Source: Candidatus Omnitrophota bacterium (GTDB lineage: Bacteria; Omnitrophota; Gorgyraeia; Zapsychrales; JANLHA01). Taken from it: 32,000 nucleotides of DNA. Below the pieces are notes generated by a model. The model had not been told where the DNA came from. It ran no database searches and saw only the letters and a program-made list of their open reading frames with translations. The translations under genes and the position numbers were made by a program. This document shows positions 30,001 through 32,000 of this stretch, in pieces (within the stretch, counting starts at the first letter, position 1; each line of letters opens with the position of its first letter). The stretch lies in NCBI GenBank assembly GCA_963662715.1, contig OY759724.1, positions 1,110,001 through 1,142,000 of the forward strand. The letters run 5' to 3'.

Positions 30001-32000
30001 CCTCAGCTATAAAAATATCCGACGTCCGGCTGTGTTTTATAAGTCTTCTGAGCTCTCCCTGGACAAAATGTTTATTCGTGCGGGCATTCGCGGCGCGGAG
30101 AACCCGAGATAAAATATACGCGAATTGTTCTTCATTGAGATGTTGCATAACGTCCCGGTCAGCCATCGCGGCTAAAAATCCCTGCAGCTGCCGCCAGTCC
30201 GGTGTGGCCAAAACGCATTCGGAAAGGATTCGGACGTTTTCTGCGGGGTTATCAAAAGTGAACCAGCTGGCCATAGCATCGGCCACGCTAAGAGGATCAT
30301 GTCTCTGGACCTTCTGCAGGACGGAAACAGCAGCCTGATTCTCCAGGATATGGTCGATGAAGGAAGCAACGCGATGATCGAGCCGGTAATTGATACGGGC
30401 TAAATACGCTTTCAGGGAAGGAATGACAGAAGGAATGGTCGCAGGGCGATAAACAAAATGGTACGGCCTGCTGGAATCCAGATACGCGGTGATCCAGTCA
30501 AAGACAGAAAACACTTCGGACAACATATTGTTATTGGAAGGCCGGTGATGGTTTAAGATAATATGCTTCTCGGAATCGCTCAAAGAAATGGCTTCGGCCT
30601 GTATCCTATCCACGGACCCGCTGGTGTGCACAAGGGTGATATGGGCCCGCTGCTCATCGAACAATTCTCCCGGATAATTGACCATAGGAAGTATGGAGCT
30701 CTGCCCTTTGCCGAGATCGTGCATCAGCCCCATTCTCCAGAGCATATAAATGTCCTCTTCCGGCAGATCAAATTGGCGGCCGAAAATAACACCCAATTCT
30801 GATACGGCCTCTCCATGCCGCCAAACGTTTAACATGCCGGACCGGTACAAAGATCTTAATAAAGACTTTTCTTTCGACCACAGGGACACATCGATCGGGG
30901 AGCTGTTAACCTGCTGTGTTTTAGCCCGGACCGGCTTCTTGTGACGGAAAAGAATAACGCCTCCTTCGATGTAATCATATATAGTTTTGACGTCCTGATG
31001 CGTTGCCCTTTCAACTTGTTGCCCGAGAAGCCGTAACTTTCCTGCATCAAATTCCTGTTCATGAGAGGAAACCGATCCCTCATGGTCTTCCTCAAACGGG
31101 ATGGAAACAACTAGCGTCCCGCTGACAACTTTTAACCAATCCAGGATATATTCCAACGGAGTTTTATTCATTAAATGTTCCAGGACATGATTGACAACCA
31201 TAAAATCAATAAGCTCCCCTCCCAGGGTTGTTCTCACGTGTTGGACAAAACCCGGATCATTGACATCAGCAACAACCCACTGCGCATCCAACTGAGGATA
31301 CGAAACAGCTTGCTCAACAGCAAATTTCATATCCGTCAGCTTATGATCTAACCCGACAAATTTGACTCTTCTAGAAAGCTCTCCGGGCAGGAGATTAAAA
31401 GCCGTAAAGATAAAATGGCCAAAGCCCGTGCCCAGGTCTGCCACGCGAAGCGTTCTATCCGGATTTGCCGTTAAATCTTTTTGTAAGGCCATGATGGCAA
31501 CAGCGTAAATCCAGCTAAAATGCTGGATGTGACTATAATCCGGCCCGTTCAATTGATATTGCCGATAACGATATTTCTTCCTTCCTGTTATCAACGCCTG
31601 TGTTTGCTCTTCAAAAGCTTTTTGTGAATTTCTGAAGAATTCCGCCAAAACATCATCCATCGCCGCTTCCCGGCCTAATTTAGTCCGGTTCAGCCAGGAA
31701 ACAAGCTTGAGGATTAAACCTGAGCGACTTATATCTTGTCTTCTTGCCCGTCGGCTTTGGGGCACTCGCAGAAACCCTTTTCCGAACAAATCCTGCGCTT
31801 CAATACGTTGCTGCCAGACACTGTCCCGGTCAATAAGCCTTGCTGCCTGATTTTGGCTATTCACAAAATAATGGACAGCACGCCGCACCTGCCCATGGGT
31901 TAATGTCACCACTTGTTCCGCCTTTAGCAGTTCCATTTCATGGCCGGTATAGCGTGTCTCTATATTTTGTTGTTTTAATATCTCATCGAATTTTTCCGGA
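1..32000 (-). CDS. Internal fragment (>=10,666 codons) of a single giant multidomain ORF, partial at both ends; in-frame codons span 2..31999
   Basis: No ORF-track entry lies in the minus frame with first codon base = 1 mod 3, consistent with no stop in that frame. Hand translation at both edges (31999: PEKFDEILKQQ...; nt 2: ...FSAKVRGVCF) and at more than 30 anchor motifs across the window is all in this frame and protein-like. The other five frames hold only short ORFs. Confidence 0.9.
209..220 (-). other. SSP[VILM] inter-module motif (TSSPV)
   Basis: minus codons agt tcg ccg gtg, in frame. Confidence 0.85.
2060..2071 (-). other. SSP[VILM] inter-module motif (TSSPV)
   Basis: minus codons agt tca ccg gta, in frame. 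Confidence 0.85.
2081..2092 (-). other. SSP[VILM] inter-module motif (ASSPV)
   Basis: minus codons tca agc ccg gtc, in frame; first of a tandem pair ASSPV-EPT-SSPV. Confidence 0.85.
3385..3455 (-). other. Helix-turn-helix-like segment
   Basis: DRKLTRRQLAEKMGMKWTTLRKHLRII has a classic HTH residue pattern. Similar segments: EGKPYKAVAESHGFKEITVNKLF (about 3075..3145) and LSRGQLAEALGIQEKALYEKL (about 270..345). Confidence 0.3.
3983..3994 (-). other. SSP[VILM] inter-module motif (QSSPV)
   Basis: minus codons agt tct ccc gta, in frame. Confidence 0.85.
6098..6109 (-). other. SSP[VILM] inter-module motif (QSSPI)
   Basis: minus codons agc agc ccg att, in frame. Confidence 0.85.
6350..6560 (-). 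other. Candidate Cys-His-Asp (transglutaminase/papain-like) catalytic core
   Basis: GFPAGLCPLSAYILVRVL (Cys codon 6536..6538), 43 aa later GHTLGLIYSHDDPVYFLDGT (His 6407..6409, Asp 16 aa later). Spacing and local context resemble GxCxxxA...H...D transglutaminase-like cores. Weak, based on motifs only. Confidence 0.3.
6659..6670 (-). other. SSP[VILM] inter-module motif (ASSPL)
   Basis: minus codons tct tct ccg ctg, in frame. Confidence 0.8.
6749..6781 (-). repeat. Mini-repeat RLGTGDSRKGE (copy 3)
   Basis: Plus strand ctcaccctttcgggaatcccctgtcccaagacg; lies in a 78-aa module between two SSPx motifs. Confidence 0.75.
6905..6916 (-). other. SSP[VILM] inter-module motif (ASSPV)
   Basis: minus codons tcc agc ccg gtt, in frame. 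Confidence 0.85.
7240..7685 (-). other. Domain: protein-kinase-like fold, RIO/Kdo(WaaP)-like atypical kinase
   Basis: YRILDKLSVGGNARVYKA + EFVAIKLEK (Gly-loop and VAIK Lys, about 7600..7680); VVMEFVEGKDL hinge; catalytic loop GMSHTDVHLHNVMV; VKLIDYD (DFG equivalent, about 7245..7320). No APE or long C-lobe is seen. Confidence 0.6.
8165..8179 (-). other. SSP[VILM] inter-module motif (VSSSPV)
   Basis: minus codons tcg agc tct ccg gta, in frame. Confidence 0.85.
8320..8650 (-). other. Domain: GHKL/HATPase_c-like ATPase (RsbW/SpoIIAB or histidine-kinase catalytic type)
   Basis: N-box-like AGVQNIEQHGGRYG (about 8540..8580); G1-box AVILDRGRGF (about 8465..8495); G2-box SPGFGGMFGIGLPVI (about 8360..8400). 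Confidence 0.55.
8870..8881 (-). other. SSP[VILM] inter-module motif (GSSPV)
   Basis: minus codons agt tct ccc gta, in frame. Confidence 0.85.
9790..10050 (-). other. Possible cytidine/nucleotide deaminase-like zinc-binding motif pair
   Basis: GRHAHAEINLI (H-A-E = 10025..10033) and INLTTCQHCAEVL (C-Q-H-C = 9800..9811). This resembles H[AC]E...PCxxC of the CDA fold, but the spacing is about 71 aa (canonical about 25-35) and Thr replaces Pro. Confidence 0.3.
10745..10756 (-). other. SSP[VILM] inter-module motif (QSSPI)
   Basis: minus codons tcc agc ccg att, in frame; only 11 aa after the previous motif. Confidence 0.85.
10790..10801 (-). other. SSP[VILM] inter-module motif (QSSPV)
   Basis: minus codons tct tcg ccg gtt, in frame. 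Confidence 0.85.
10802..11956 (-). repeat. Paralogous module B (385 aa) of the tandem duplication
   Basis: LSEIETVF..RKFSQPIEFGVYLIA..FSHILVP; KNQQADHSLGFAHVHNSFTKAEKE; LTLLSPQD..SVL; MGQRWFDIA..LKDFRK; ends in QSSPV. Divergence is protein-level (roughly 30% identity by eye), so this is an ancient duplication rather than a DNA repeat. Confidence 0.8.
11957..11968 (-). other. SSP[VILM] inter-module motif (ASSPI)
   Basis: minus codons tct tcg ccc atc, in frame; sits exactly at the junction of paralogous modules A and B. Confidence 0.85.
11969..13195 (-). repeat. Paralogous module A (409 aa) of an internal tandem duplication; unrecognised domain family
   Basis: Shares ordered blocks with module B: LNEIEEVF..KGFAKPIQFGAYIIA..FTHFIMP; ANQQANQELGYVHLHYSYTKAERK; LTLLTPKD..SVL; IGQRWFDVN..MKDFRE; ends in ASSPI. 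Confidence 0.8.
13196..13207 (-). other. SSP[VILM] inter-module motif (VSSPV)
   Basis: minus codons tcc agc ccg gtc, in frame. Confidence 0.85.
13290..13740 (-). other. Domain: class I SAM-dependent methyltransferase (copy 3, Methyltransf_11/25-like)
   Basis: GRRILSVGSGRGELE (VGSGRG = 13655..13672); VKAIDVVPEMV; FDLVIFPYSVEHI; ARRVLKNGGKLLIIG (about 13395..13440). Confidence 0.8.
13874..13885 (-). other. SSP[VILM] inter-module motif (ISSPI)
   Basis: minus codons tca agc ccg atc, in frame. Confidence 0.85.
13973..14008 (-). repeat. Mini-repeat MNLGTGELMKGE (copy 2)
   Basis: Plus strand ctcacccttcatcaattcccctgtcccaaggttcat; 54 codons downstream of copy 1 in the same 121-aa module. Confidence 0.8.
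14135..14170 (-). repeat. Mini-repeat MNLGTGDSEKGE (LGTG[DE]xxKGE copy 1)
   Basis: Plus strand ctcacccttttcagaatcccccgtcccaaggttcat. About 80% identical in DNA to copy 2 and in frame with the giant ORF. Confidence 0.8.
14249..14260 (-). other. SSP[VILM] inter-module motif (VSSPM)
   Basis: minus codons agt tct ccg atg, in frame. Confidence 0.75.
14999..15010 (-). other. SSP[VILM] inter-module motif (VSSPV)
   Basis: minus codons tct tct ccg gtc, in frame. Confidence 0.85.
16109..16120 (-). other. SSP[VILM] inter-module motif (QSSPV)
   Basis: minus codons tca tcg cct gtc, in frame. Confidence 0.85.
16140..16400 (-). other. Tetratricopeptide (TPR) repeats, about 2-3 units
   Basis: ALNQIGHIFAGQSLWPDAEKVFARVMNIDSRNTEALNGLAETAWRQGHAEDAMKTYQHVLSIDPANREAQEGLNRL shows the typical 34-aa TPR periodicity (A/G/Y/P pattern). 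Confidence 0.6.
16740..17985 (-). other. Domain: GT-B fold glycosyltransferase, family-4-like
   Basis: N-terminal KLRIAFVAFSFPPVMGGVNIV (about 17925..17985). C-terminal EX7E-type block LLFPSWMETFGIPLIEAASVRTGVIASDL (about 16905..16990). Confidence 0.7.
18230..19520 (-). other. Domain: GH63-like (alpha/alpha)6-barrel glycoside hydrolase (mannosylglycerate hydrolase / glucosidase-I-like)
   Basis: GFYEAFWIWDAAFAALAL (about 19265..19320); NPDGGL; GLCEWKDALESGWDNSPRWD (about 18962..19020); FYWRGPVWLNLAYFMVD (about 18440..18495); YEYYNSQTGRRGEG...DFSWSAA (about 18250..18345). About 450 aa upstream (19520..20866) could be the N-terminal beta-sandwich. Confidence 0.7.
20867..20884 (-). other. SSP[VILM] inter-module motif (QSSSSPV)
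   Basis: minus codons tct tcc agc agt cca gtt, in frame. Confidence 0.85.
21100..21540 (-). other. Domain: HD superfamily phosphohydrolase (copy 3, HD-GYP/HDOD-like context)
   Basis: LHILEHATAVVLLGTYIAHELGL ... LRLAGLAHDLGKLE (H-D = 21392..21397) ... MLSHGQSALKLL ... IELHRGG. Confidence 0.6.
23954..23968 (-). other. SSP[VILM] inter-module motif (GSSSPI)
   Basis: minus codons tct tct tct ccg att, in frame. Confidence 0.85.
24749..24760 (-). other. SSP[VILM] inter-module motif (TSSPV)
   Basis: minus codons tct tcg cct gta, in frame. Confidence 0.85.
24900..25370 (-). other. Domain: RelA/SpoT-type HD domain ((p)ppGpp hydrolase-like)
   Basis: FAHRKQVRANGEPYLVHPLTVVKIL; VAVAMLHDAIEDAE (H-D = 25172..25177); VKLIKFADRLHNNQT (about 24975..25010). 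These match the three signature blocks of SpoT/Mesh1 hydrolase domains. Confidence 0.75.
25450..26150 (-). other. Possible degenerate CheR-like/Rossmann methyltransferase-like region
   Basis: IRILAAEGVSLFGDGPKLIAHKMLIE ... ITAVDSDQQALRQALEGQYS ... FHLITYIFKEYI ... LYVGGRLIT resembles the CheR layout, but the canonical residues are absent. Confidence 0.25.
26300..26311 (-). other. SSP[VILM] inter-module motif (GSSPV)
   Basis: minus codons tct tct ccg gtt, in frame. Confidence 0.85.
26420..27495 (-). other. Domain pair: LOG/TIGR00730 (PpnN-like nucleotide 5'-monophosphate nucleosidase) Rossmann fold, followed by a degenerate second copy
   Basis: GVAFYGSARK; PVITGGGPGVMESANKGA (GGGPGVM = 27371..27391); FEYGGVGTLNELY (27182..27202), i.e. 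the GGGxGxM and PGGxGTxxE LOG signatures. A second half (IVSVLGSTRV ... LIVPETKGVGAAAREG ... SFPDAIDTIDTVMEAL) repeats the layout with degenerate motifs. Confidence 0.65.
27587..27598 (-). other. SSP[VILM] inter-module motif (ASSPV)
   Basis: minus codons agt tca ccg gta, in frame. Confidence 0.85.
27740..28210 (-). other. Domain: SAM-methyltransferase-like Rossmann fold (copy 2)
   Basis: GTRILEIGGKNNPLS (ILEIGGK = 28169..28189), VSFDRG, CDTVIISHVLNYV and LLPGAVVLVQ in canonical MTase order. Confidence 0.5.
29159..29170 (-). other. SSP[VILM] inter-module motif (TSSPL)
   Basis: minus codons agt tca ccg ctt, in frame. Confidence 0.8.
29966..29980 (-). other. SSP[VILM] inter-module motif (SSSPV)
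   Basis: minus codons tcc agc tct cca gtc, in frame. Confidence 0.85.
30400..30860 (-). other. Domain: HD superfamily metal-dependent phosphohydrolase (copy 1)
   Basis: VWRHGEAVSELG ... WRMGLMHDLGKGQ (H-D codons 30716..30721) ... ILNHHRP. This is the typical H...HD...H pattern of HD domains. Confidence 0.65.
30893..30904 (-). other. SSP[VILM] inter-module motif (NSSPI)
   Basis: minus codons agc tcc ccg atc, in frame. Confidence 0.85.
30990..31600 (-). other. Domain: class I SAM-dependent methyltransferase fold (copy 1)
   Basis: Motif I RVADLGTGFGHF (VADLGTGFG = 31418..31444), then KFVGLDHK, WVVADVND, FMVVNHVLEHL and GTLVVSIPFEED (about 31085..31140). Order and spacing fit a Rossmann-type MTase. 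Confidence 0.7.

Noticed and set aside
209-30907. The recurrent ccggngaact / cgggctg strings might be a DNA-level repeat (REP-like or a spaced array).
   Set aside because: The shared DNA is only about 9-12 nt, uses different synonymous codons at different sites, is always in the same reading frame and has irregular spacing from 9 nt to 4.7 kb. It is a protein motif, not a nucleotide repeat or CRISPR-like array.
485-31110. All other listed plus- and minus-strand ORFs (60-175 aa).
   Set aside because: All overlap the giant ORF in other frames. They are short and show skewed, non-protein-like composition (many are Arg/Ser/Pro/Cys-rich). They are treated as shadow ORFs.
1-32000. Absence of any long ORF in the track suggested a reassigned stop codon (alternative genetic code, e.g. 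code 4, 25 or 15).
   Set aside because: One minus frame is fully open under the standard code and translates into canonical domain motifs, so no recoding is needed. The long ORF is missing from the track only because it has no stop (and no defined start) inside the window.
1-32000. NRPS/PKS megasynthase or RTX/adhesin-type giant protein.
   Set aside because: Hand translation showed no condensation (HHxxxDG), adenylation, carrier (GGxS) or ketosynthase motifs, and no Ca-binding nonapeptide or Ig/cadherin-like tandem repeats.
1-32000. tRNA, rRNA, CRISPR, IS/transposase ends, promoters, RBS and terminators.
   Set aside because: There is no non-coding interval in the window. I saw no inverted-repeat termini, direct-repeat arrays or structured RNA signatures. 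Any sigma-70-like hexamers inside the ORF would be indistinguishable from chance.

Overview
The whole 32-kb window appears to be an internal fragment of one gigantic minus-strand ORF of at least 10,666 codons. It is open at both window edges, with the N-terminus toward high coordinates. Codons occupy plus-strand triplets 2-4, 5-7 ... 31997-31999. Three lines of evidence support this. (1) The supplied ORF track has no minus-strand ORF whose ATG coordinate is 1 mod 3; all 21 listed minus ORFs are in the other two frames. That is the expected result if this frame has no stop codon in the window, so a start-to-stop ORF caller never reports it. (2) More than 30 recognisable protein motifs that I translated by hand between nt 209 and nt 31444 all fall in this one frame. 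(3) All listed ORFs are short (275 aa or less), as expected for shadow ORFs. No intergenic DNA, RNA genes, CRISPR arrays, mobile elements, promoters or terminators can be supported. The protein does not look like an adhesin/RTX or NRPS/PKS giant. It is a chain of about 25 modules resembling cytoplasmic enzymes and signalling proteins: 3 SAM methyltransferases, 3 HD phosphohydrolases (one RelA/SpoT-type), a tandem LOG/PpnN-like domain, GH63-like hydrolase + GT4 glycosyltransferase + TPR, a GHKL ATPase, a RIO/Kdo-like kinase, a Cys-His-Asp module, a deaminase-like zinc motif, HTH-like segments and several unrecognisable modules. The modules are separated by a recurring tetrapeptide, Ser-Ser-Pro-[Val/Ile/Leu/Met], found 25 times in frame and encoded by varied codons. 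This points to a polyprotein-like architecture with a conserved linker or processing motif. All domain calls come from manual translation and motif recognition, not HMM searches, and domain boundaries are approximate.
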